Under the pieces are notes generated by a model. That model was given only the letters and a program-made list of their open reading frames with translations, was not told the DNA's origin and ran no database searches. From positions 21,390,001 to 21,454,000 of the forward strand of contig OZ024742.1 in the NCBI GenBank assembly GCA_964016885.1: DNA of 64,000 bases. The letters run 5' to 3'. Below, piece after piece: positions 13,498-26,036 of this stretch. Source of the DNA: Eledone cirrhosa. Taxonomy: Eukaryota. The translations under genes were made by a program, and so were the position numbers. Numbering within the stretch: the stretch's first letter is position 1; the number at the start of each line of letters is the position of its first letter.

Positions 13498-16400
13498 ATG
13501 GCCATAAGAGTAGGAAGTTTAAATGTTCGTGGCCTGGGGTCGCCCTGGAAGCAAGGTCACTTGCTCAACGACCTCAGGTCACTAGGAATGGATGTAATTG
13601 CCATCAGCGAAACCAGAATTTCCGACACACGCGCACTGGCGCCGATTTTCGACGATTATCAGATCTTTGCATCTGTTAGTCGGCCGGGAATGGGAGGTGG
13701 AGTGGCTGTGCTGTTTAGGAAATGTCTGGATCTCGAGGTAAGGTCAATCTTCCGGGATCCTGACGGAAAGTTGGTGGTCCTGGACGTGAGCAATAGCGAA
13801 GGTGGTGCCTTTAGACTGGTGGCCGTCTACGCCCCTACTGGGGCCGGTCGGCCGGACTTCTTTAAGCGCCTGGAAAACTTTCTGCTTACGTCTCGCCCTT
13901 TACTGTTAATAGGGGATTGGAATGGCATCTTAGAAGCACGCTGGGATTGTGTGGGAGTATCTGATAGGAGCGGGGGGTGCAAAAGCCTCAAGTACCTGAT
14001 CAGCCAGTTTCAACTGTCTGACAGGTACCGACTAGATTTCCCTAATGCGCCAGTATGGACCTGGACCAATCGCATAGGGTCATCTAGATCGTACATAGAT
14101 AGGATTTTCATTAGGAAAAGAGATAGAAATAGTGTAGGATGTCCACATTTTAAAACGGTTGCCTATTCAAATCACAAGCTTGTGATCTGTATGGTCGACC
14201 TAGATAAGACACGTAGGTTAGGACCTAGCTACTGGAAGCTAAACATGTCGTTTCCGGCACGTAATGCTTACAGGGACCGGGTCAACAACTTAGTTAAGCA
14301 AAAGTTGACAGGGGGGGTTGTCAACAACAGGTGGTGGGGGGCACTCAAAAGAGAGATTAGAGCAACCTCGATAGGATTTAGCAAAGAAGTAGCAATAGAG
14401 AAAAATAGAAAGGAGGAGGGGCTGATAGCTAAGTTAGACGAGGCTATTTGTGGTGGCATTGCAACAGACGTGCTAGCGGCGAGAATGGCACTAGACCATT
14501 TCTTCAATGCGAAACACGAAGGTTGCATTGTCAGAGCTAAGGCGCGTGCTCTGAGGAACGAGGGAACCAAAGCTGCCCGATGGGCTCGCTTTGCAGAGAC
14601 GCAGCGTGGAAATAAAACCACAATTCGGTCTTTGACGGATCGAGATGGACACGAACTGAGCGATTCCAAGCAGATGTGTGAGGCCTTTCGCCAGCACTTT
14701 GCTCGATTGTTCGGGAGGATGGGTGAGTCGGAGACGGCGGCGGACTTCAGGCCTACCTCGACGGCTTGCCACGCCTCTCGACGGCCGACGCTGAGCGCTG
14801 CGAAGAGCCGATAACATCAGTCGAAATTCAGGACGCCCTTGTCGGCTGCTCGAGTCGCAAGTCACCCGGTTTGGATGGTCTGCCCTACGAGCTTTACGTA
14901 AATATGCCAGACTTGTTCTCCGATCTTCTCGAAGCGCTCTACTGCAACTGGCAGCAGAACGGGAGCATTCCCAGTTCTGTGAGCCGTGGCGTAGTGACGC
15001 TGATAAGGAAAGACGAGAACAAGAGGGACACACTAGATAATTTCAGGCCCATAACCCTGCTCAACACAGAGTTTAAGATTTTGGCCAAGGTGTTAGCGAA
15101 AAGGTTGGCGCTTGTCGTCAAAGATTTGGTTGGGGAGGCGCAAACTTGCTCAATCCCGACCAGGTCCATACACGACAACCTCCACCTCATGCGATACATC
15201 ATAGAGAGGGTTGGGTGCAAACCTGGCTTCGGTGGGGCTCTGATCAATTTAGATCAATCGAAAGCATTCGATAGGGTCGACCATCGGTACTTGGAGGCTG
15301 TCCTCGAGGCGGCTGGCTTCGGCCCCGTCTTCAGAAGCTGGATCGCTGCAATGTACAGCGGCATCTGCTCGGTGGTCAAAGTCAATGGCCACCTCTCGGA
15401 ACCGTTTCAGATCTCTCGATCGGTCCGTCAAGGGTGCCCTCTCTCCTCACTTCTGTACGTATTGACTCTTGAGCCTCTACTGCGGAAGCTGGAGTTGTTG
15501 CAGGGCATCCCGCTCGAACCGGGACGTAGAAAGGCTGCGTCCGCTTATGCGGACGACATCACCGTGATGGTGTCGGACACCTCGGAAATCGAGATACCCG
15601 CAAACTTATTGGAGGAATATGAAAGGTTGACGGGAGCAAAACTTAACCCGGAAAAGTCGGTGGGCTTGCAGCTCGGCACCTGGAGAGGCAAGTCCATGCC
15701 GTCCAACAGCGTCGTTGGGCGCTGGACAGACGGACCGGTAAAGTTGCTCGGGGTTTGGTTCGGACCAGACCTCCAGGTGGATAAGAATTGGGACGAGGTG
15801 ACGAGCAGGATAGCCAACCTCACCCAGAAATGGGCTGAGAGAAAGCTATCACTGAAAGGGCGGGCGGAGGTGGCGAACGCGTACATCGCGTCCGTCATCT
15901 ACTACCGCCTGACCGTCGTGCCTTGCCCCCGTCCACGCCTCGCCAATTTGGAACGGCTCCTTTTCAAATTTTTGTGGAGGGGACGGGTCCCGTTGGTGAG
16001 GCGGTCCATCTGCTGCTAGCACCCTCTTCGTGGAGGGCTGGGCATGCCGTGGCTAATGATGCGCAGACATGCGCTGAGGCTGCGACATCTCCAGATATTT
16101 TGCCTAAACGGTGAACAGGTGTGGTCGCCGTTTGTTAGACGGGCCTTTCCGCAGCTCATCTCTTTGACTGAGCTGCAGTCCTGGGTCAAGAAGAGACCGA
16201 GACTGGGCGACTGGCATCTGAAATGTTGCCAGGCGCTCACTGCACTCTGCAAGGTGGGCAATGCGGTCAGTGGAACTTCCACTCAAGATTTCTATAGAGG
16301 ATTAGTGGAGGGCAAGTGCGATGACGTACTAGGAGAGGCTCTGGGCGTCAACGAAGTAGAACTGACCAGTATGTTCCGGAGGACTTTCGAGCCGGGGACG

Positions 16401-16916
16401 ATGGATAACTTCCAGAAATCCCTCGCTTGGCAGTGCTACCGGGGGGCGCTGCCGGTTCGGGATAAACTCTACAGGCACGGAAGTGCTGTCAGACGAACCT
16501 GCCCGAGATGCGCGCAGAGCGACGAAACCGTTCTGCACGCACTCGTCCAGTGTCCGTGCATTGCTGACTTGTGGGGTTATGTCGAACAGCTATTGTCGCG
16601 TGTAGAACGGATCCGGCTATCGTCCGAGTCCATAGTGAAGATTGACCCGCCGCCTTCTTTTGGTCAGGAAGGGCAGGCAATTTTCCTCTGTCTGGTGGCA
16701 GTAGCGAAAGAGGTTGCATGGTGGACCAGGTTGAAAGGACTGAAGACAGACACTTTTCTCTTCGGCCAATCCCTCATCAACTTCTTCAAGTTTCACTTGG
16801 AAAGGAAGGTGAGGGTGGAGAGAGAAGTGCTGCCCCCCAGTACATTTACTGAAAGGTGGGTGAATGTGGCGAGAATGGCCCGCGTGAGTGGGCCTACTCT
16901 GATCATGCGCCTGTAG
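13498..16916 (+). pseudogene. Tx1-like ORF2 (APE endonuclease + reverse transcriptase + C-terminal zinc finger), lightly disrupted
   Basis: APE motifs SLNVRGL, ISET, IGDWN, YIDRIF and SNH (for SDH). RT motifs KSPGLDGL, FRPITLLN, LDQSKAFDRVDH, RQGCPLS and AYADD. C-terminal CPRC..ETVLHALVQC. One apparent 1-bp deletion near 14751 and one TAG at 16017-16019. Confidence 0.95.
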
Positions 16917-17167
16917 GCTGGTGAATTCGAGAAGGAGAGGAGTGCCCTTCCCGGGTGCCCTAGGAGCGTCGGGTGGCTCAGGACTGGTGGGGTGCTTGAG
17001 TCAACCCTGGGTGGTGATCCCTCTTATTGGGGAACTTTCATTGTTGTATTTTATTGTTATTTTGTTTTTTGTTATTTATACTTACTCGATCTCTATGTAA
17101 ACCCCCACTGTCCCTGTCTATTGTGTTGTCCCCTATATGTCGGCCCTTGTGGCCAATAAATGAAATC

Positions 17168-17181
17168 ATTATTAGTATTAT

Positions 17182-17220
<39 letters not shown>

Positions 17221-17526
17221 CGGCGGCGCTGGTGGTGGTGGTTCTAGTAGTGGTGGCGGTGGTCGCGGTGGTGCTGGTGTTGGTGCTGGTGTTTTTAGTA
17301 GTAGTAGTGTTAGAAGTAATAGTAGCATCAGCATCAGCATCAGAAGTAATAGTAGTAGCTTCAGTAGTAGCAGTAGTAGTAGTAATAATAGTAGTAGCAG
17401 CATTAACAGCAGCAGTAATAGTAGCAGTAGTAGTAGCAGTAGCAGTAGCAGCAGTAGCAGCAGTTGTAGTATTAGTAGCAGTAGCAGCAGCAGCACCAGC
17501 AACAACAGTAGTAGTAGTAGTAGTAA

Positions 17527-17576
<50 letters not shown>

Positions 17577-17578
17577 AC

Positions 17579-17637
<59 letters not shown>

Positions 17638-17692
17638 CAGCAGTAGTAGTATATCAGCAGCGGCAGTAGCAGCAGCAGCAGCAGTAGCATTA
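17168..17692. repeat. Compound trinucleotide microsatellite (AGT/GGT/AGC)n
   Basis: Long runs of agt, ggt/ggc and agc triplets that generate spurious poly-S/L/V/Y ORFs. Confidence 0.97.
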
Positions 17693-18202
17693 GTGAAACC
17701 CACCACTGTAACAGCTCAAACCTTAGCATGCTTTTTATTCCCAGTTATTTTGAAATAGCTGATTAAAGTCCTATTATAAATTGAAATGTTTATAAATTGA
17801 AGTAATTAACGGAATTATAAATGTTTGGTCTTTTTTTCGGGTTTCGCTATGTTTTTATTTTTCATTCTACATTTTCTGTTCATTTTTTTAACCTTTCTTT
17901 TTCAGCTTTTGTTGCTGTTGTTGTTTTGGCTTGCTAGGGTAGTGTACTTCCTTCAGGCTGCTGCGGTCTGTCTATTTTAACTACAAGATTAATTAACACA
18001 TCACTAATTTCAGAGCAAACACGGGAGACTGCAACTATAATATTTCCATCTCTGTGGCTTGAACCATTCTTCCGTTCCATGGTCTTCTATAGATTTATAT
18101 TGACGTCAATTAAACAGACACTATTGCTACTATAGTTGCTCTGTCTACAATTTGCTTGAATAGTCATTACTGACTTTTAAAAGTGTCATCACTAGTCATC
18201 AG

Positions 18203-18303
18203 AATCATCATCATCATCATCATCAACGTTATCAACATCATTATTATCATCATCATTATCTTCATTATCAACATCATCATCATCATCATCATTATCATTA
18301 TTA
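18203..18303. repeat. (ATC/ATT)n microsatellite
   Basis: Direct reading. Confidence 0.9.
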
Positions 18304-18304
18304 T

Positions 18305-18490
18305 CCGGTGGATTGGCAGTATCGGTAGAGGGTCGGACGCCATGCTTTTACGCATAGAGTTACGCCCCTTGCCATTCTGAGTTCAAATTCCACTGAGGTT
18401 AACTTTGCCTTTCATCCTTACGGGGTCGATAAAATAAAGTACAAGTAATGTACTGGGATAATTGCTGGCCTTTTGCTAAAAGTAGAAATA
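18305..18490 (+). mobile_element. tRNA-derived SINE, family 1
   Basis: A-box-like TGGCAGTATCGG, B-box-like GAGTTCAAATTCC and conserved body GCCTTTCATCCTTACGGGGTCGATAAAATAAAGTAC. Seven copies in the window. Confidence 0.85.
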
Positions 18491-18498
18491 ATTATTAT

Positions 18499-18650
18499 GC
18501 GGTGAATTGGCAGTATCGGTAGAGGGTTGGACGCCATGCTTTCTAGCATAGTTACGTCCCTTTACAGTCTGAGTTCAAATCCTGTCGAGGTTAAGTTTAC
18601 CTTTCATCCTTACGGGGTCGATAAAATAAAGTACCAGTAATGTAATGGGG
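18499..18650 (+). mobile_element. tRNA-derived SINE, family 1 (tandem second copy)
   Basis: Same head and body as 18305-18490. Confidence 0.85.
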
Positions 18651-19430
18651 TGCATAGGGAGACGGCAATCATTTGCAAAGATGAAGCAATCGCCATGTAT
18701 GTATGTATTTATGTATGTATGAATGTGTGTGTGTGTGTCTATGTGAGTTTCTATGTATGTATTTATGTAGTGGACATGAGTTGCATCACAAAGGCCTCAA
18801 TGTATGTTTGTCCTCCTAGCTTTTCTAGCACGTAGAACACGGAGCAGAATATATAATCTTGCATTCATATAGATTCTCATGGCTGGATTAACGTAAAGTT
18901 AGATCTTCTCATATATGACTGAAGTAGAGTTAAACGTAACAACAAAACCGTAACCGCTATTAAATATGTTGTCTAAAAGCAACATATTTAATTGTTAATT
19001 CGAGTATATGACAGGAGCCCACTTTAGGAATATCTCCCAGCATCCCCCACCATCAGTAACTACATCGCATTACTTCTCCTGGATTTTAATAAATGTTGTT
19101 AATAATTTTGAAATGAGATGATAGTAAGGCTAAATCTTGATTTTAAATCAAAGACCCGGAGTACTAAGCAATGCAATCCACTTTGTGATATCATCAAATC
19201 AGGTCCATCCATTTGATATCTCGATGCAATATTTAAGGAGATTAATACCGGTGAGAGTGATGACCATATTATTAAATTATTTCGCAGAATTTAGTGAGGA
19301 ATTACAATTGGAGTTTGAGTTAATTCATGTTAAGTCATGTTTGGTATCACATCATTGTTGCAGTAAATATAAGTGCACGTTAAATTATTTCGGCTTGGAT
19401 CCGAATCTCAGTCGATATATTGATACTACC

Positions 19431-19528
19431 AAAGTTAACCTCGGTGGGATTTGAACTCAGGATGGCAAGGGCCGTAACTCTATGCGTCAAAGCATGACGC
19501 CCGACCCTCTACCGATACTGCCAATCCA
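19431..19528 (-). mobile_element. SINE family 1, 5' half
   Basis: Reverse complement of the head (ccctctaccgatactgccaatcc; gggatttgaactcag). Confidence 0.8.
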
Positions 19529-21763
19529 AATATAATAATATGCACTAGACACATTGATAGAGGCTCTGATTATTCACAAAAATGTTTGATTTTCGTTAGT
19601 TTTATCGATAATTAAATGTGTCGAAGTAAATGGAAAAGTTTCTGTATATAAACTTCTATACACTTAATGTTTCTGAAAATATAATAAAAAAACACCTATA
19701 AATATTCTGCATTTTGTGTGCTTTAAACTATCACTAATTACACTATATATTAGAAACGATAACGTAAATATTCTTCTATAACTTCGGCTGTAGGTGTCGG
19801 CATTAAAACAAAAATATTTGACAATGTATTGTCGATGATAGACTTTCATAGACATAAACTAAGTTTGGAAAAACATAAAATGATAATCGAACAGCGTCAA
19901 CGAATATATCAGTAAATTATTAATGATTTATTGGACAAAATAACCATTATATGTTTCTATAATACTTCTTAAAAATACCACCCACCATTCGGAAAACTTA
20001 TGCGTTCACTCATATGGAAGACTCATTTAATCGTTATTTTAAAACCGTTACAAGTATTACAATTCATCTATTTTGTTTCCATAGATTTAAAAAATAAATT
20101 AAACATTGAATACGCTGTACTCATTTCGTATTAACTCATGGGCCAACAGTGGGGCTATAATGAAACCATTATAACAACTTATGGAATACGTTCTGTTGTC
20201 CAACTAATACTTCATGTAGAATAGCACATATTCTCACTCTCACAGACAACGTCTGTAAAGCATATCATCGAATAACTTATTGTATTTGCTGCGCTGTATT
20301 AATTTTGAATTTCATAGTTTCGGGGATCGAAAGACAAAATATAACCCTAGAGAGGTTAATTGCTTGAGCAAAAGATGAAATTCCTTTTGACTTTCTTTCC
20401 TAATATTAGTGTTCTGAGTTTGTGGGTGATATACTTAATCGATTTCCCGGTCTAACACTACTGCTTGCCCCATGATTTCTTTGTATTTAAATATACATAA
20501 TTACATGCACATACACAACGTTGTTCATATCTTATCGTAAATGACCCTGGTTAGCTTTGGTTTCTATCAATGGATTGGGTTCCCTTTCAGCCGTAAATTG
20601 CTCGCCAGATTTGAATAAGGCTTTATGCAGCAACGTCTTACTATTGCTTGTTCGAGAAATATTGTCGTGCTCTGATTCGTGGCTATAGAGGTTAGCAGAA
20701 TGATTATAAAAAATGGTTGATCTCTAGCGGACTCCACTACAGTTCTGACCCTGTGCAGAAAGATACATTACTATGAGATAGCTTGTGTATATCTTCACAA
20801 GCCGTTCTTTTCCCTCCCGTCATCACAACAGAATATTTAGAGATAATTAGTTTGCGTTATATTTGTATTAGAGTAATGAAGGCCTGGCCTATATGATAGG
20901 TCAGGCCCTCTCGTCTGACCTCTGGTCTTAGTGGCAAAGTCATGGCTGAGTTAGCAATGTGTATATCAAGGATTCTGAGGCATCATGGTGATTTACGTGA
21001 TTCAACGTGGTTCATTCTTACACCGATTTAGTTGGATATCACTTTTCTGCCCATTGAAACCTTCCGCTGGTCACAGCGTTACCTCCACGCTTTTCAAAAA
21101 TGTAAATTGATACATTCAAACACACAGAAAGATACAAATACACGCGCACATTATTTGTTTCCCTATGAAACTATCAACTTACAATTTTAGCGAATATTTT
21201 CCCGTATAACGACAGAATTAGAATTCGCAATCTCTTGAAATTCTTTTATAATCCTAACAGAAAGACTATAATATCATTATATGATAGTCTATCTGTTATA
21301 TATATATATCCTAGAATACGAAACTGCTGTTAAATTATTTAAATTACTTCTGTATCATTTATTGTAATATTATTAAATAATTTCTCACATGGTCACTCTA
21401 GTGCATTTAGCACTCGTATAAATATTTGTCTTAATTCCAGAACTATTGGATTTTCTTCTTGATCGTTATCTATAGTTCATTCGTATATTTTGTATAATTA
21501 ACGTTTCAAATATTGGGACTAATATGACTTTAGAGTAATATTCTAATAAAGGCAATGTTATTATAATTGTAACATCTTCCACGAAATATCTGAGGATTAA
21601 TCTATATAACAATCTTTACAAAACTAATTATCATATCGTATATAGTAATTAGGTTTGAGTGTATTATGTACATATGAGAGGATTCACAAAGAAAGATTGT
21701 GTAGTCTTTACATTACTCTGGAAGAAGATTATAAGGCATATAATATACACTAAGTCTCCTTTC

Positions 21764-21892
21764 AACCAACCAGAAATTTATAGATTTATAAATTTATAAG
21801 TTTATAAATATATAATAAATTGAAGTGAAACCACTGGTGCGTGTTTCTTATTGGCAACATGACCCTCCCAAAGTATAACAATATATATATAT
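21764..21892 (+). mobile_element. 3' terminus of a Penelope-like pLTR (family E) running into (TA)n
   Basis: Near match in reverse to about 23368-23490, which lies downstream of the GIY-YIG ORF at 23756-24073. Confidence 0.65.
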
Positions 21893-21915
21893 GCATATAT
21901 ATATATGGACATATA

Positions 21916-22000
<85 letters not shown>

Positions 22001-22048
22001 AGATATATATATGTACATGTATATATACATATATATATATACACATTT

Positions 22049-22105
<57 letters not shown>

Positions 22106-22148
22106 GACGAACCATAAGTCAATTGCATGAACTCATAATCCTTTATTT

Positions 22149-22204
22149 ACTGCTATATATATTTCGATGATAGCCATTGAATGGCTATGACCTCATCAGG
22201 CAGT
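22149..22204 (-). ncRNA. Type I hammerhead ribozyme (minimal, palindromic stem III)
   Basis: Minus strand: ACUGC-CUGAUGA-g..AUAGCCA uucaa UGGCUAU..c-GAAA-UAUAUA-UA-GCAGU. Stem I is ACUGC/GCAGU and the cleavage triplet is AUA. Confidence 0.75.
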
Positions 22205-22264
22205 TTGTCAGTTCTTAGATATGCCAACTCTGTGTTTATAGTGTTGATGGTATCAGAGCCTTGA

Positions 22265-22322
<58 letters not shown>

Positions 22323-22927
22323 TGTATGTATAATATATTTGGCAATATAGTGTATGTTTATAAAAACATTTAGAAGTCCATTCGCTATGAGTTTTAAAGA
22401 AGTGACTATGTCACTTGCTCATTCTCTGCAAATGACAAGAGAGAGTGATATATATATATACTTCTGCATTTGGATGTAAAAATATATGTAGCAGTGTTTA
22501 TGTGTGTGCCTAAATATACATATAGTTATAATAATAATATATACATATATGTGTGTGTGTGTGTGTGTATGTTCATGGGTATGTGTATGTTTATGTGTAT
22601 ATGCGCGTGTGTGTGTGAATGTGCGTGTATATATATGTGTGTATATATGAATCTATATATGTTTATATGCGTATGTGTATTTTATCGGTAGATTATAAAC
22701 ATACAGAGACATTAGCCCTGAATTTTTTGTATTTACATACATTTTTTCGACATGCGTATGCATGTGAACATATATTTTTATGCATATCTGTGAACGAAGT
22801 TACTTACATATATACACACACCTAACTGTATTTTATTGATATATTTTGTGTATTTCATTGGTCAATTTGAACTCTGTTCCCAAACAGACCTGTAATTTTG
22901 AATTGTTGTTATTATCAATAAATATAT

Positions 22928-23070
22928 TTCATTATTTCTGAAGACGGCATATGTATGTGTTGGTATGTATATTATATTTGATAATTTGTATAATTTTGTA
23001 CATAGATCTGTTGAATATGCATACCAATTCTAACACATATATGTCCTAGAAACGATCGTTAAATAATGAA
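22928..23070 (+). ncRNA. Type I hammerhead ribozyme with ~100-nt stem II
   Basis: UUCAUUAUUU-CUGAAGA-[long imperfect hairpin]-GAAAC-GAUC-GUU-AAAUAAUGAA, with a perfect 10-bp stem I. Confidence 0.7.
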
Positions 23071-23264
23071 CTTTTTTTGTTTAATATAAGGAACTGTTTC
23101 ATTGTTTTATTCATTATTTTTTTAACATTTTATCTTGACTCTGTATTCCGTTTATCTTTCACCGAAAGTGATTTTTGAATGCATCTCTTCTTTCCATGAT
23201 ATCCGGATTAAATTGAGTTCTTCATACGGATTGGACACTACCGTAAACTCTTGGTAGATTTATC

Positions 23265-23313
<49 letters not shown>

Positions 23314-23367
23314 CGTTTCTGAATTTGTTTAGCAAGATTCTTTATCTGAAATCGTGTGTTGAAACTG

Positions 23368-24140
23368 ATATTGTTATACTTTGGGAGGGTCATGTTGCCA
23401 ATAAGAAACACACGCACCAGTGCTTTCAATTCAATTTATTATAATAAATTTATAAATTTAGGAATTTATAAATTTCTGGTTGGTTGGTTGGTTCCACAAC
23501 CAGATAGTTGTTTATATATTGTCTCGTCACACATTCTGTGACCTCTTCAGTGACTGGGGATTCTTTTCTTTGTTTTTGTGCCTCTCCTTTGTTCTGTCCT
23601 ACGCCATTTTGTTTCTGTGTGTGTGTTGTGTGCTCAGTCTGCGCATGCGCCACATCCGGGTGTCTGTGTGTGTTTATATTTGTTTATTTATTTGTTTATT
23701 TAAATGTTACCGGTTGGTTGTTTGTTCTATGTGTGTGTGTGTTTTCATTTCGTCCTTAATTGTAAGTTGTGATGTTGCTGTTCCACTCATGTTTTCTATT
23801 TAATTTTGGTTGTAATTCTTTTATGTTTATTGCCTCTGTAATTTTTCTAAACATTGCGTCTTTTCTGTGTGTAGATTCTATTTTTATTTCTATGTTCTCT
23901 AATTTACCCTTATGTTCTATTTTAGCATGTTGGTAGAGTACAGATGATTCTTTACTATCTTGAAGGTCTCGCCAGTGTTCATTTATCCGGTCCTCTACAC
24001 TACGAGCTGTCTCACCTATGTACACTATATATTTGTCTCTACATTGTCCTTCAGTACATCTGATGCTATACACTACATTTCTAGTTTTACAGTTAATATG
24101 GGGGCTTATTTTACAGGTTCATTGCAAAACTGTATATGTA
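23368..24140 (-). mobile_element. 5'-truncated Penelope-like element: GIY-YIG endonuclease 3' end plus pLTR with decayed hammerhead
   Basis: NCKTRNVVYSIRC..YIGETARSVEDRINEH..EAINIKELQPKLN (23756-24073 and upstream). CUGAAGA-GGUCAC/GUGAC-GAGA core at about 23510-23556. Confidence 0.85.
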
Positions 24141-24399
24141 TTGAACATGCATATCTAGTTTCGTACGAGCCCCGTCTATATCAAAATGTATACTTTTACA
24201 ACTGAATGTTATTTGAAAATTATAGTCGTACCTACAGTTTAGATAAATTTTCATAGTTCAGTGGGAACTTCACTCTTAAGTTCCTCGGCCAAACAATTTC
24301 TTAAAGAAATTCGAGAATGCGGTATTTCCCTTTCTTTCCATTGTTTTTACAGATAGATTTTTTCTACAAATTTGTTACTCCCTCAGTCATATTATTAAT

Positions 24400-24590
24400 A
24401 ATTGTTTCTACTTTTGGCACAATGCCAGCAATTATCCCAGTGTATTACTGGTACTTTATTTCATCGACCCCGTAAGGATGAAAGGCAAAGTTAACCTTGG
24501 CGAGATTTGAACTCAGACTATAAAGGGCCGTAACTCTTTGCTGCAAAGTATGGCGTCAGACCCTCTACCGATACTGCCAATCCACCACCC
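24400..24590 (-). mobile_element. SINE family 1, full length
   Basis: Reverse complement of head, body and AGTAGAAACAATT tail. Confidence 0.85.
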
Positions 24591-24642
24591 TTCAATCATA
24601 TTATTTATAATCAAAGCCAGTTTGCACCGAATTTCCACAATT

Positions 24643-24695
24643 CTTCTTCTTCTTCTTCTTCTTCTTCTTCTTCTTCTTCTTCTTCTTCTTCTTCT
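24643..24695. repeat. (CTT)n microsatellite
   Basis: Direct reading. Confidence 0.95.
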
Positions 24696-25319
24696 AACCG
24701 GGTCATGGTGCCAGAGACCTCAAACACCCCTTCCATCGAAACCTGTCAGAAGCAGTCATTTAAAATTGATCGCGCTAGAGCCTATTAAAAGCATGGTCAC
24801 ATTAGATAATCACATTAGATAAAAGCATGGTAACTTTAGATACATCCGAAACTGTTGTGTAAGCAGACTAAACCTCTTCACTAAGTAATTTTACAAGAAT
24901 TTTCTCACTTGTTTCTTAGATTTAGAAGTTAATTATTCTAAAATGTTTCTAGTTGTTGCTTGGATAATTTTGTGGTTTTCAAATGACTATATATAATATC
25001 TAAGAAAGACGTTATTTTATTTTTAATTTGAAATAACTGCTAATTAGATTTCCTACATTTTAGTTTAAAAGAAGCAAAATGTCTGTGTTGCACTAGAATG
25101 TATCATATATACAATAGGATTATCACGAATAATTAAAAGATTGTAAGGATTATGCAAATATGAAACCTTTTAAATATACTGATAAAGTCAAAAATAAAGA
25201 TTAATGAAATTTGTTTTTTTAAATGTTTATGAATTGTTGTTTTAATATAGTTTAATTATATATACAAAACGTAATGAAGGAGTAATCACTCGTCCTTGTT
25301 TTATTTTTTTTTTATTGTG

Positions 25320-25373
<54 letters not shown>

Positions 25374-25619
25374 TTTACACATACACCAATTAAACAAAGT
25401 CACAGGTATATATGTGTTTTTGCAACTGTTCACGATGTGGCTCAATGGAGAATTAATAAATTAATCAGAGCGAAATACTATAGAGTAAAGCATGTCCAGA
25501 GAATTATTTGATAATATATATACATCATCTCTACTCCCAATCAGCATAATTAACCACACAAAAAATCAATTAGACCAGGCTATAAGAATAAAAGGCATCT
25601 ATGAAGAAACAGTAAATAT

Positions 25620-25691
<72 letters not shown>

Positions 25692-25697
<6 letters not shown>

Positions 25698-25882
25698 TGA
25701 GATTCTACAGGACTAGAACTGTTTCATTCATTAGAAATCATCAGGAATCAGATTCCTGATGATTTCTAATGAATGAAACAGTTCTAGTCCTGTAGAATCT
25801 CATCTATATTAAAACTTTTATACTCTGCTATGTATTGAGTACCTTACTTACTGTGGTTACCTCCGATTCAACCCGGAATAAC

Positions 25883-25883
<1 letters not shown>
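25692..25883 (+). mobile_element. Short fold-back pLTR element (family A) with head-to-head hammerheads, inserted in (TA)n
   Basis: Perfect palindrome of about 58-bp arms centred at 25750. Each arm reads GAUUC-CUGAUGA-stem II-GAAACAG..CUGUA-GAAUC. The family recurs at 29536 and 63688. Confidence 0.85.
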
Positions 25884-25936
<53 letters not shown>

Positions 25937-26036
25937 TCAGGTTATCAATAATGTAGTGATAATATATCGTTACGTTAGAGATGAACAGCGTACGTGCAGG
26001 TTTGCTCAACGAGTATAAATTATATTCCGGAGAAAT

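Larger units (their letters stand above)
11349..17170 (+). mobile_element. Near full-length L1/Tx1-clade non-LTR retrotransposon (5' UTR, ORF1, ORF2, 3' UTR)
   Basis: A CCHC ORF1 is followed by an APE-RT-zinc finger ORF2, and GC content is far above the flanks. The 3' UTR ends AATAAATGAAATC, then ATT/AGT repeats. Confidence 0.93.

Noticed and set aside
17027-18380. Poly-Ser/Leu/Val/Tyr/Ile/Met ORFs
   Set aside because: Translations of trinucleotide microsatellites.
18305-18400. tRNA genes at SINE heads (also at 35302)
   Set aside because: A and B boxes are present but no complete cloverleaf, and each is followed by a multi-copy SINE body.
20878-20910. 15-bp hairpin GAAGGCCTGGCCTAT/ATAGGTCAGGCCCTC
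   Set aside because: Isolated, with no ribozyme core or element terminus nearby.
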